From: an archaeon
Lineage (GTDB): Archaea > Nanobdellota > Nanobdellia > Pacearchaeales > GW2011-AR1
Direction: 5' to 3'
Length of the DNA stretch: 64,000 bases
Assembly (NCBI GenBank): GCA_030605415.1
Contig: JAUWIJ010000005.1
Span: forward strand, 2,375 to 66,374
The notes beneath the pieces are model-generated. The model was not told the origin of the DNA. It worked only from the letters and a program-made list of their open reading frames with translations, and made no database searches. The stretch's first letter is position 1, and every line of letters begins with the position of its first letter. Positions 42,115 through 49,924 of this stretch are shown here, one piece after another. The translations under genes and the position numbers were made by a program.

Positions 42115-43056
42115 ATGAAAAGAATTTCTAAAATCGTTATTTTTGGAGGAAATGGCTTATTAGGTAGTGCGGTAAAAAGAGTGTTGGTTGAAAAAAATTT
42201 TGAAAATATAAAATCTCCGCGGAGTTCTGAGGTTAATTTATTGGAAAAGGATGGTTTGGAGAATTATCTTGAAGTGGAGCAACCAGAATATATTTTTATG
42301 ATAGCAGGATTAGTTGGCGGAATTCTGGGAAATAAAACTAGACCTGCAGATTTTCTTTATCAGAATTCAATGATGATATTAAATTTATTGGAAGGTGTTA
42401 GAAAGTTTTCGCCAAAAAGTAAGATTTTGTATACTGGCTCAACTTGTATTTATCCGAAGGATAATCCTCAACCGATTAATGAGAATAGATTTATGTGTGG
42501 GAAATTAGAAGAAACAAATAGGGGATATGCTGTTGCGAAGGGAATGGGTATTGTTGCTTGTCAGTTGTATCGGCAACAGTATGGCCTCGATACGATTTGT
42601 GTTATGCCTACTAATATATACGGATTAAATGATAATTACGATTTAGAAAATGGACATATGATTCCTAGTTTGATTAAGAAATTTTTGGTTGCAAAAAAAG
42701 ATGGTGGTAGTGTAACTTTGTGGGGCTCTGGCACTCCCCGACGAGAAACTATGTACAGTGAAGATTGTGCAGATGCAATTGTCTATTTAATGGAAAATTA
42801 TTCTTCTGAAAAAATTGTTAATATTGGAACTGGATTTGATTACTCTGTTAAAGAGATTGCTGACACAATAAAAGAGGAGGTTGGCGGGGAATATAAAATT
42901 GAATGGGATAACTCGAAACCAGACGGAACTTTTGAAAAAAGGACTGATATTTCTAAACTGAAAAATATTTATCCTGAATTTAATCCTCGAAGTTTGTCGA
43001 AAGGTGTTCGTGAAATTTTAGACAACAAGAAAGAAGTTGAAAGAATTCTTGGTTAG
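42115..43056 (+). CDS. fcl: GDP-4-keto-6-deoxy-D-mannose epimerase/reductase family (GDP-L-fucose synthase Fcl or GDP-L-colitose synthase ColC)
   Basis: SDR fold; GSTCIYPK and YAVAKGMG motifs; immediately after gmd. Confidence 0.8.
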   Translation: MKRISKIVIFGGNGLLGSAVKRVLVEKNFENIKSPRSSEVNLLEKDGLENYLEVEQPEYIFMIAGLVGGILGNKTRPADFLYQNSMMILNLLEGVRKFSPKSKILYTGSTCIYPKDNPQPINENRFMCGKLEETNRGYAVAKGMGIVACQLYRQQYGLDTICVMPTNIYGLNDNYDLENGHMIPSLIKKFLVAKKDGGSVTLWGSGTPRRETMYSEDCADAIVYLMENYSSEKIVNIGTGFDYSVKEIADTIKEEVGGEYKIEWDNSKPDGTFEKRTDISKLKNIYPEFNPRSLSKGVREILDNKKEVERILG

Positions 43057-43067
43057 TTATTAAGAAA

Positions 43068-43325
43068 TTAGGTCGCTTCGCTCCCAAATCTCAGAACTGA
43101 GGTCGTTTCACTCTGAGAACTTAGACCGCTTCGCTCTTTGCTTTAGAACTGAGACCGCTCATTTCATTCGCTCTTAGAACTGAGTACCCTCACCTATATA
43201 AAAGAAAAATAGGTTGGGGCAGACTCACCGCTTCGCTCTGAGAACTGCCCCCCGCTTCCCCTCTAAGTTCTCAGTTCTGAGTTCTTGCCAAAGATAGATA
43301 AATAGTTGTTAAAGGTTATGGATTA
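43068..43325. repeat. large composite mosaic element (CGCTTCGCT x3, AGAACT words, one core, conserved 3' tail)
   Basis: Core at 43185-43221. Left AGAACTGAG/GAGAACTTAGA words are mirrored on the right by CTCTAAGTTCTCAGTTCTGAG. Near-duplicate at 63285-63590. Confidence 0.9.
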
Positions 43326-43329
43326 AATT

Positions 43330-44892
43330 TTATTCTGCAAGTTGGCGTGCGATGTCGGCGAAAGCTGGTCGTGAAATTAAAACGCCTGTTGTGATTCCTA
43401 TCAATGTCGTTACTGCGAAACCTTTTAGAAGCCCTGCCGACGCTGCCCCAATACCCATAAAGCTCAAGAACCCTGTCAGCGGAATCATCGCTACGCATGT
43501 TGTTGCGAAAGCTGTTATGATAATGAAAAGTGCTTTTTTAATTCGTTGAACAATTGATTCAAATTTAGAACGCGCCTCGTCGAGAATAATTAGTTGGGAA
43601 TCTATACCTGTCCCGACTGCGGCGATGATTCCTGCGATTGAAGGCAGGTCTAGATTCCATCCTACCAGTGTCGCGACTCCGAGAATAATTAAGACTTCTG
43701 ACAGTGAGACTGTTACCAATGCCAACGAGACTTTGATTTTTCTGTATCTAACAAAGACGACGATTGAAACTGCGAGGATTGCGAAGAGTCCTGCCAGCAT
43801 AATCTGTTTTGTAAATTCTTCTCCCAGATTTGGAGAAATTTTATCGATTTTTACGATTTCTAATTTGAATGGTAGTGAGCCGGTGATAAGGATTGTTTGG
43901 AGTTTTTTCATTTCGAGTTTTGCTGCGTCGATTGCTTCGTCCCGTGTTGTTCCTGAGCCAGAGCCTGAAATTGCGATTTGTGTTGTTACCGAGCCCTTAA
44001 GCCCCGAACCTATATTGAGAGATGATGTTAATTTTTCGTCTATAAAAAAATCTAATTTCTTACTTAGGTATGAGCCGTTGATTGTTAGTTTGTCCGTTAT
44101 GTCTGCGTGTCTTTGTGCGGCTTCCTCACTTAGAAAAATTGTGAACTGGAAATTACAGTATTCTCCGCCGTCTTGAGACTGGTGACATTCTGTTATAAGT
44201 GCGTCCTGCCCCGTTCTGCCAACGTGCGTTATGTCTTTATCTCCTCCAATGAAAACTGTATCGTTTCCGATTTTTGCTTCGAACTTTCCCTGTTTTGCAA
44301 TTAGTTCCTCCAGGTCATCTGGCGATGTTCCGGCTATTTCGATTCCCATTAAGTTGTCTCCGGAAGATGTTAAGACTTTGAAAAATTTGACGTCGGAAAA
44401 TCCGTAGACATTTAGTCGTTGCTCGGAAACTGCGATTAGGTCATTCAGCTGGGCATCATTTAGTGGGATGTCTGCTTTGATAAATGCCCGCGCGCCGCCT
44501 CGTAAATCTAAGCCTGTTTTGATTCTTGAGATTGGAATTTCTTCTGCTGAAATGTCGTCGATGATTTGTTTGGTAAATAAATTTATAATTTCAAGTCCTT
44601 CTGTTTGAATGGTTAATTTTTGCGTTTCGTTTTCGTCTAAGTTGCTGAATGACTTAAGTGATATTTTGTAATCTTCTATGGATTCGATTATTTGTCCGTT
44701 TATTGATAGGATTGTCATTCCTTCCCGAAGTCCATGTTCAAAAATTGTTGAGTTTTGTTTGACTGATGTTACAACTACTCCGTCTCTGAGAATCATTGGG
44801 GGTATTGAAAAAATAGAAATTAAAGAAAGTGTGACTACCACTATTAATACCCATATTTTAAAGGTTATTTTCATTGTTTCTCGACGTGCCAT
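43330..44892 (-). CDS. secD: protein-export membrane protein SecD (alternative start 44874)
   Basis: Large periplasmic-type domain plus a C-terminal 6-TM domain with GWNLDLPSIAGIIAAVGTGIDSQLII; adjacent secF. Confidence 0.9.
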   Translation of the reverse strand: MARRETMKITFKIWVLIVVVTLSLISIFSIPPMILRDGVVVTSVKQNSTIFEHGLREGMTILSINGQIIESIEDYKISLKSFSNLDENETQKLTIQTEGLEIINLFTKQIIDDISAEEIPISRIKTGLDLRGGARAFIKADIPLNDAQLNDLIAVSEQRLNVYGFSDVKFFKVLTSSGDNLMGIEIAGTSPDDLEELIAKQGKFEAKIGNDTVFIGGDKDITHVGRTGQDALITECHQSQDGGEYCNFQFTIFLSEEAAQRHADITDKLTINGSYLSKKLDFFIDEKLTSSLNIGSGLKGSVTTQIAISGSGSGTTRDEAIDAAKLEMKKLQTILITGSLPFKLEIVKIDKISPNLGEEFTKQIMLAGLFAILAVSIVVFVRYRKIKVSLALVTVSLSEVLIILGVATLVGWNLDLPSIAGIIAAVGTGIDSQLIILDEARSKFESIVQRIKKALFIIITAFATTCVAMIPLTGFLSFMGIGAASAGLLKGFAVTTLIGITTGVLISRPAFADIARQLAE

Positions 44893-45881
44893 TTAATTAT
44901 TGAAGCGTTTGTTATCCATGTGTTGAAAAGATCGAAGCCGAGGCCGATTAATAGGATTGTGAAAATTTGATTAAGGACGGATGCGAAAGAGTAAACGGTG
45001 ATTAGTGCTACGGTGATTGCGATGATAGATGTGACTGTCATTGTTGTTCCGGTTTTGAACGCCCCGAAAAGTGCTTTGTTCACGCTCTCTTTTCTTTTTA
45101 GAAGTCGTGTCGTTAGAAGAATATCTGTGTCTACGGAGTAACCTATAAGCATAAGGAACGCGACTATCCCCGCAGTTGATATTTTTATTCCAATGATGTC
45201 AACAATTGTGAGTGTCATAATAATACTCGAAAAGGCGCAAAGCATTACTGCGAAAGCGGGGACTGAGTTTTTGATATATATTCTGATAAGCGTTATCGCA
45301 AACGCAAGAAAAATAATTGCTGAAATAATTGGATTAATTGTTAAGAAAAATTTTCCCAGAAAAAATCCAAATAATATATTTAGAACAATTATCCAAAATT
45401 TTGTTTTATTGCCTTTGGAGAAAATTAGAAAAACGACTGCCGCCATCCAGAAGAATGCGAGTATAACCGCAACAATTAGTTGTTTGTAAAAGTCTGCGGA
45501 AAGTGAAGCGCTTGTTGTCTCTTTCGATGAATTTTCGGAAGTTAGGTTATAGCCGAGAAAATCTTCCAGAAGTATTTCGAGGGTTTCTGTATTTGATTCT
45601 CCGACAGTGACCATTAATTGTATTTGGTTTCCTGCGTTGTCTGAAATTGTTTTGATTTCAAAATCGGAGATATTTTTTGAAATTGTATTTTCTATTTCTT
45701 GTGATGAAATTTCGGTTTGGATTGTAATCGTGGTTCCGCCGGTCAGGGATACGTCTTTGTTAATTATGTCGCCGGTTTGCATGTAAAAAAATCCTAGATA
45801 TAATATAGATAGCGTTAATACGACGGCTGGAATAATTAGAAGTGTTTTGTGATTTTTGTTGTACCACTGTTCGAATTCCAT
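44871..45881 (-). CDS. secF: protein-export membrane protein SecF
   Basis: N-terminal TM, extracytoplasmic domain, C-terminal TM bundle (GYSVDTDILLTTR). Confidence 0.88.
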   Translation of the reverse strand: MEFEQWYNKNHKTLLIIPAVVLTLSILYLGFFYMQTGDIINKDVSLTGGTTITIQTEISSQEIENTISKNISDFEIKTISDNAGNQIQLMVTVGESNTETLEILLEDFLGYNLTSENSSKETTSASLSADFYKQLIVAVILAFFWMAAVVFLIFSKGNKTKFWIIVLNILFGFFLGKFFLTINPIISAIIFLAFAITLIRIYIKNSVPAFAVMLCAFSSIIMTLTIVDIIGIKISTAGIVAFLMLIGYSVDTDILLTTRLLKRKESVNKALFGAFKTGTTMTVTSIIAITVALITVYSFASVLNQIFTILLIGLGFDLFNTWITNASIIKWHVEKQ

Positions 45882-45969
45882 AATATATTTAGAAAATGTC
45901 GGGTTTTAAATGTTTGTTGGGAAGAGTGTGGTATACAAACTTTTATAAAGGTTAGTATCCTATAATTTC

Positions 45970-46302
45970 ATGCCATATAAAGATCATGAAAAAAGAAAAG
46001 CTTTTCGCAGAGAATGGTATGCCAAGAATAAAAATTCTGAAAAAGCTCATATAAAGAGAAGGAAATTAGAAATTAGAAAATGGTTTTGGGAATATAAGTC
46101 TAAGCTTAAATGTTTAAAATGTGGGGAGAGGCATGTCTCAACAATTGATTTTCATCATAGAATTGGAAGCAAAGAAAAAGGTGTTTCAATAATGGTAGCG
46201 GATGGATATTCTATTAAAAGAATCAAAGAGGAGCTCGAAAAGTGTGATGCACTTTGTGCTAATTGTCATAGAAAGCTTCATTTCAAAAACAATAAAGTTT
46301 AA
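45970..46302 (+). CDS. HNH endonuclease-domain protein
   Basis: CLKCGE...DFHHR...CANCHRKLH zinc-finger/HNH pattern. Confidence 0.7.
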   Translation: MPYKDHEKRKAFRREWYAKNKNSEKAHIKRRKLEIRKWFWEYKSKLKCLKCGERHVSTIDFHHRIGSKEKGVSIMVADGYSIKRIKEELEKCDALCANCHRKLHFKNNKV

Positions 46303-46328
46303 AACGTTAAATTAGGTATTTGTTTTAT

Positions 46329-46414
46329 GCGTGGATAGTTTAGAGGAAGAATAATTGGCTTCCATAATCTTTTGAAGAGACCAATTGACCGGGGTTCGAG
46401 TCCCCGTCCGCGCA
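46329..46414 (+). tRNA. tRNA, anticodon most likely UCC (Gly), with a 15-nt intron after position 37
   Basis: Hand fold: acceptor GCGTGGA/TCCGCGC; D arm GTTT..GAAT; anticodon stem ATTGG/CCAAT; loop CT-TCC-A then intron TAATCTTTTGAAGAG (46365-46379); T arm CGGGG-TTCGAGT-CCCCG; discriminator A. Confidence 0.7.
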
Positions 46415-46556
46415 TTGAGGGAATGCCTCTGTTGTTCGTAAAATACATTTCGCAAAAATATTTTTGAATTTTGTTTTGCTCAAAGTGTTTCACTCAGTCA
46501 AACGCCCGCTTGCCCACTCCAAATATTTTTATACTCTGATTTTTGTATTTTATAAT

Positions 46557-46639
46557 GAGAGAATGCCGGAGTGGTCAAACGGGGCAGACTCAAAATCTGT
46601 TGGCTTATGCCTACGGGGGTTCGAATCCTCCTTCTCTCA
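46557..46639 (+). tRNA. tRNA-Leu (CAA)
   Basis: Acceptor GAGAGAA/TTCTCTC, anticodon loop CTCAAAA, long variable arm TGGCTTATGCCTAC, T loop TTCGAAT. Confidence 0.85.
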
Positions 46640-46644
46640 TTTAT

Positions 46645-46726
46645 TCGAATCCTGTGTTTCGATTCCTTGCTTGTGAGATTTATCGAGTCAAGCAGCGAGG
46701 ATTTTTAATCTGACGCCCTTCTCTCA
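46645..46726 (+). other. second copy of the 19-nt tRNA-Leu 3' end, split by a 63-nt insert
   Basis: TCGAATCCT (46645-46653) plus CCTTCTCTCA (46717-46726) concatenate to exactly TCGAATCCTCCTTCTCTCA, which is 46621-46639. Confidence 0.75.
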
Positions 46727-46762
46727 TTAACTTTTTATATTAAGTATTTTTCAATTAATTAT

Positions 46763-46837
46763 GCCCTTGTAGCTCAGTTGGATTAGAGTGCTTCCCTCCT
46801 AAGGAAGATGTCGCAGGTTCAAGTCCTGCCAAGGGCG
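46763..46837 (+). tRNA. tRNA-Arg (CCU)
   Basis: GCCCTTG/CAAGGGC acceptor, AGCTCAGTTGGATTAGAG D arm, anticodon stem CTTCC/GGAAG with loop CTCCTAA, T loop TTCAAGT. Confidence 0.85.
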
Positions 46838-46896
46838 TATTGAAATATATTTTTAACTATAACAATTCTTAAAAAGTTGTTTTTATGATATAAAAT

Positions 46897-47238
46897 ATGG
46901 GAAATTATAACATAGCCAAGGAAAGTTTTAGGAAGTTAGACAAAAGGGATATTGTAGAATATATAGCAGATAAAATTCCTTTTGTAGGATTACGCTTGAA
47001 GATGGAAAGATTGAAAGAGAAAAGGCAGGTTATTTTGTGTGATTTGGAAAAAGAAATATTTAGTGGCTCAAGAGATATTAATATGGTGGATATTGTCATG
47101 GTGGATAAAATAATGGTTGCACATAATCAAGAAAATATTAATAATGTACAAGGTAATCATTATTTATTTGGAGCGTTTTGTGGCGTCAGTGGACTGATTG
47201 GCATAGGATATGCTCTTGGAAATTATTTTGCCAATTAG
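46897..47238 (+). CDS. hypothetical protein with a C-terminal TM helix
   Basis: 113-aa ORF; C-terminal YLFGAFCGVSGLIGIGYALGNYF. Confidence 0.4.
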   Translation: MGNYNIAKESFRKLDKRDIVEYIADKIPFVGLRLKMERLKEKRQVILCDLEKEIFSGSRDINMVDIVMVDKIMVAHNQENINNVQGNHYLFGAFCGVSGLIGIGYALGNYFAN

Positions 47239-47288
47239 TTATTTTTCACAATCGGCAGTTTTATAAACGAAGATTTTCTATCAAAATT

Positions 47289-47395
47289 AGACGGCCATAG
47301 TAATTTGGTTACACCTGATCCCATCCCGAACTCAGAAGTTAAGCTTATTACGTTCGTGTTTGTACTGTCTTTGATGGGAACACACGGAGCTGTCT
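47289..47395 (+). rRNA. rrf: 5S ribosomal RNA (short, about 107 nt)
   Basis: CCCATCCCGAACTCAGAAGTTAAGC loop B/C signature; terminal helix AGACGGC/GCTGTCT; followed by a T-run. Confidence 0.85.
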
Positions 47396-47439
47396 GTTTA
47401 TTTTTTTAAATAAAGATAGATAACTATTTATATAAATCT

Positions 47440-47637
47440 TTAAAATTTCTTAAATTTATTAACTAATTCTAAAGTATCTGTTTGTCCTAGAATCTGCGCT
47501 CGGCAACAATATCTTTTGATTCCTAATTTATCTAACGCCTCTTTTTGAGACATGTCATCTTCTACCATTTTTTTATATTTTGGATACAGGTGTGCTATTG
47601 GCTTCCCGCAACTAAAACATCTTATCGGAATTATCAT
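47440..47637 (-). CDS. rpoN: DNA-directed RNA polymerase subunit N (Rpo10)
   Basis: MIIPIRCFSCGKPIA...YCCRAQIL. Start at the internal Met of ORF-track 47440..47679. Confidence 0.9.
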   Translation of the reverse strand: MIIPIRCFSCGKPIAHLYPKYKKMVEDDMSQKEALDKLGIKRYCCRAQILGQTDTLELVNKFKKF

Positions 47638-47664
47638 AATTGAGTAGCGAAAAATTAGTTTATA

Positions 47665-47803
47665 AAACTTACGTTGCAAGTTTTATAAATAATATTTAAT
47701 AGTTTGCCCAGTAGGCGCTTCTGGTGAAGCGTAAAACTTACGTTGCAAGTTTTATAAATAATTGTACTTTCTATTCACCCAGTAGGTATCTCTGGTGAGA
47801 TAA
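47665..47803 (+). promoter_or_regulatory. tandemly duplicated (about 68-71 nt) divergent-promoter/leader unit with covarying hairpins
   Basis: AAAACTTACGTTGCAAGTTTTATAAATAAT at 47665 and 47733. CCCAGTAGG + CGCTTC-TGGT-GAAGCG at 47707 and CCCAGTAGG + TATCTC-TGGT-GAGATA at 47778. Confidence 0.6.
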
Positions 47804-47846
47804 ATCTTATGGCTAAATTTATATATGTGGATTGTTTATTGATGTT

Positions 47847-48620
47847 ATGGAAAGAGGGAGGGAGATAATTAGATTGCGAGATGTTTCGAGGCATTACCCG
47901 ATGGGGGATTCTGTTGTGAAAGCTCTTAGTCATTTGGAGTTTAAGGTTTTTAAAGGGGAGTTTGTGGCGATTATGGGACCGAGTGGTTCTGGAAAATCCA
48001 CAATGATGAATCTTGTCGGGAGTTTGGATATGCCTACTTATGGTGCGATTTATTTGGATGGCGGTGATATTTCGGAACTGGACGAATCTGACTTGGCGCA
48101 AATTAGGGGGAAGAAGATTGGGTTTATTTTTCAGTCGTTTAATTTGATTCCTAATTTGACGGTGAAGGAAAATGTGATGTTGCCGATGATGTTTCAGGGG
48201 ACAGATATTGATGATAGGATGGATAGGGCAGAGGAACTTTTAGGACTAGTTGATTTGGAGGATAGGATGGACCATTACCCCGGAGAAATTTCTGGTGGCG
48301 AAATGCAGAGGGTTGCGATTGCGCGGAGTTTGGCGAATGACCCTGAAGTTATTTTGGCTGATGAGCCGACTGGGAATCTGGACACTAAGACCGGGACGAT
48401 TGTTATGGAATTTTTGGAAAAGTTAAACAAACAGGGGAAGACTGTTATTATGGTTACTCACGATTCTGATTTAGCTGAAGAGTATGCCGATGTTGTTTAT
48501 TGGCTTTTGGATGGGAAACTTGATAAGGTTACTAAGAGAGTTGGGAAAAGATTTGTTGATGTTACGAAGAAGAAAAAGAAGGAAGATAGGGAAACTACTA
48601 AGAAAAAGAGGAGAAAATAA
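47847..48620 (+). CDS. ABC transporter ATP-binding protein (MacB/LolD-type)
   Basis: Walker A GPSGSGKST, signature ISGGEMQRVAIARSL, Walker B ILADEPTGNLD. Confidence 0.92.
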   Translation: MERGREIIRLRDVSRHYPMGDSVVKALSHLEFKVFKGEFVAIMGPSGSGKSTMMNLVGSLDMPTYGAIYLDGGDISELDESDLAQIRGKKIGFIFQSFNLIPNLTVKENVMLPMMFQGTDIDDRMDRAEELLGLVDLEDRMDHYPGEISGGEMQRVAIARSLANDPEVILADEPTGNLDTKTGTIVMEFLEKLNKQGKTVIMVTHDSDLAEEYADVVYWLLDGKLDKVTKRVGKRFVDVTKKKKKEDRETTKKKRRK

Positions 48621-49840
48621 TGAGGCTTGATCATTTAATTCTGGCGTTGAAGAATTTGAGGCATCGTGGAATTCGTTCTTGGTTGACTTTGCTTGGGATT
48701 TTTATTGGCGTGACCGCTGTTGTTTCTTTGATGAGTTTGGGTGCTGGGTTGCAGGCGGCGGTTGGCGCTCAATTTGGAATCAGTTCTACAGAAGTTATAA
48801 CTGTTCAGGCAGGGGGGGTTAATGCTTTTGGCGCACCTGGAAGCGGGGCTGTTGATCGTCTGACAAATGCCGATGTTCGAGCCATTGAAAGTTTGTCTAG
48901 TGTAGATTTAGCCATCGGAAGAAATATCGAGACATTTAAAGTAGAATATAATGACCGGGTTGTATTTAATATGGGGGCGGGATTTCATGAGGGAGAAAAA
49001 GGGAAATGGGATTATGAGATGCAAGATATCGAAGCGGAAAAAGGACGGCTTCTGCAGGCGGGAGATAGAAAAAAGGTTATCTTGGGGTATAACTATATGT
49101 TTGAGGATAAAAATGGTTTTGATAAAGCGGTGCAAGTAGGCGATAAGATAAATTTGAATGATGTTTCTTTTAGAGTTGTTGGGATAATGAGCAAAAAGGG
49201 TAGTCTTATTATTGATAATATTATTGGGATTACAATTGATGATTTGGACGACCTTGTAGATAATGAAGATTATGTCGACGTTGTTTCTGTTAAGGTTAAA
49301 CGAAGTGATTTAATGGATAAGGCAGTAGGGGATATTACTAAGTTATTGAGGGACAGGAGAGATGTCGACGAGGGAGAAGAGGATTTTGAAGTTTCTACTC
49401 CGGAGGCAATGATGGAAACTGTTAATAGTATTCTTGGGGGCGTTCAGGCTTTTATTATAATTATTGCATCGATTTCAATTTTGGTCGGGGCGCTTGGAAT
49501 TGTTAATACGATGACGGCTTCTGTTTTGGAAAGGAGAAAAGAGATTGGAATTATGAAAGCGATTGGCGCTACAAATTTTCAGGTTTTTTTGCAGTTCTTT
49601 TTTGAGTCTGGGATGTTGGGTTTTATTGGTGGCTTGATTGGTGTGATTTTTGGGACTTTGATTGGTGTTGCGGGAATTATGGGAATTAATAGTTATCTTG
49701 GGGCGGAACTTTCTTTTGTGATTGATTTTGTGTTGATTGCGGGAGCTTTGATTGGAAGTTTTGTGGTTGGAGCCGTTGCGGGGATTGTTCCGGCGATGAG
49801 TGCAGCTAAACAAAATCCGGTGGAGGCGCTACGAGGATGA
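48620..49840 (+). CDS. ABC transporter permease (MacB-like periplasmic domain + FtsX domain)
   Basis: N-terminal TM, large extracytoplasmic domain, C-terminal FtsX TM bundle (ERRKEIGIMKAIGAT). Confidence 0.88.
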   Translation: MRLDHLILALKNLRHRGIRSWLTLLGIFIGVTAVVSLMSLGAGLQAAVGAQFGISSTEVITVQAGGVNAFGAPGSGAVDRLTNADVRAIESLSSVDLAIGRNIETFKVEYNDRVVFNMGAGFHEGEKGKWDYEMQDIEAEKGRLLQAGDRKKVILGYNYMFEDKNGFDKAVQVGDKINLNDVSFRVVGIMSKKGSLIIDNIIGITIDDLDDLVDNEDYVDVVSVKVKRSDLMDKAVGDITKLLRDRRDVDEGEEDFEVSTPEAMMETVNSILGGVQAFIIIIASISILVGALGIVNTMTASVLERRKEIGIMKAIGATNFQVFLQFFFESGMLGFIGGLIGVIFGTLIGVAGIMGINSYLGAELSFVIDFVLIAGALIGSFVVGAVAGIVPAMSAAKQNPVEALRG

Positions 49841-49924
49841 AATTAAAATCAAAGATTTTAATTTCGGTGTTCGGTGTTCGGTGTTCGGTGTTCGGTGACT
49901 TGGGCAACTTAAGGAGGTTCGGGA
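49837..49924 (+). repeat. mosaic intercistronic element, copy E8 (core-less, four GGTGTTC heptamers)
   Basis: ATGA overlap with the permease stop; 12-bp hairpin GAAATTAAAATC-AAA-GATTTTAATTTC; (GGTGTTC)x4; CTTGGGCAACT tail; AGGAGG. Confidence 0.9.

Noticed and set aside
46299-46676. ORFs 46299..46493 (-) and 46464..46676 (+).
   Set aside because: They overlap well-folding tRNA genes and the spacers between them.
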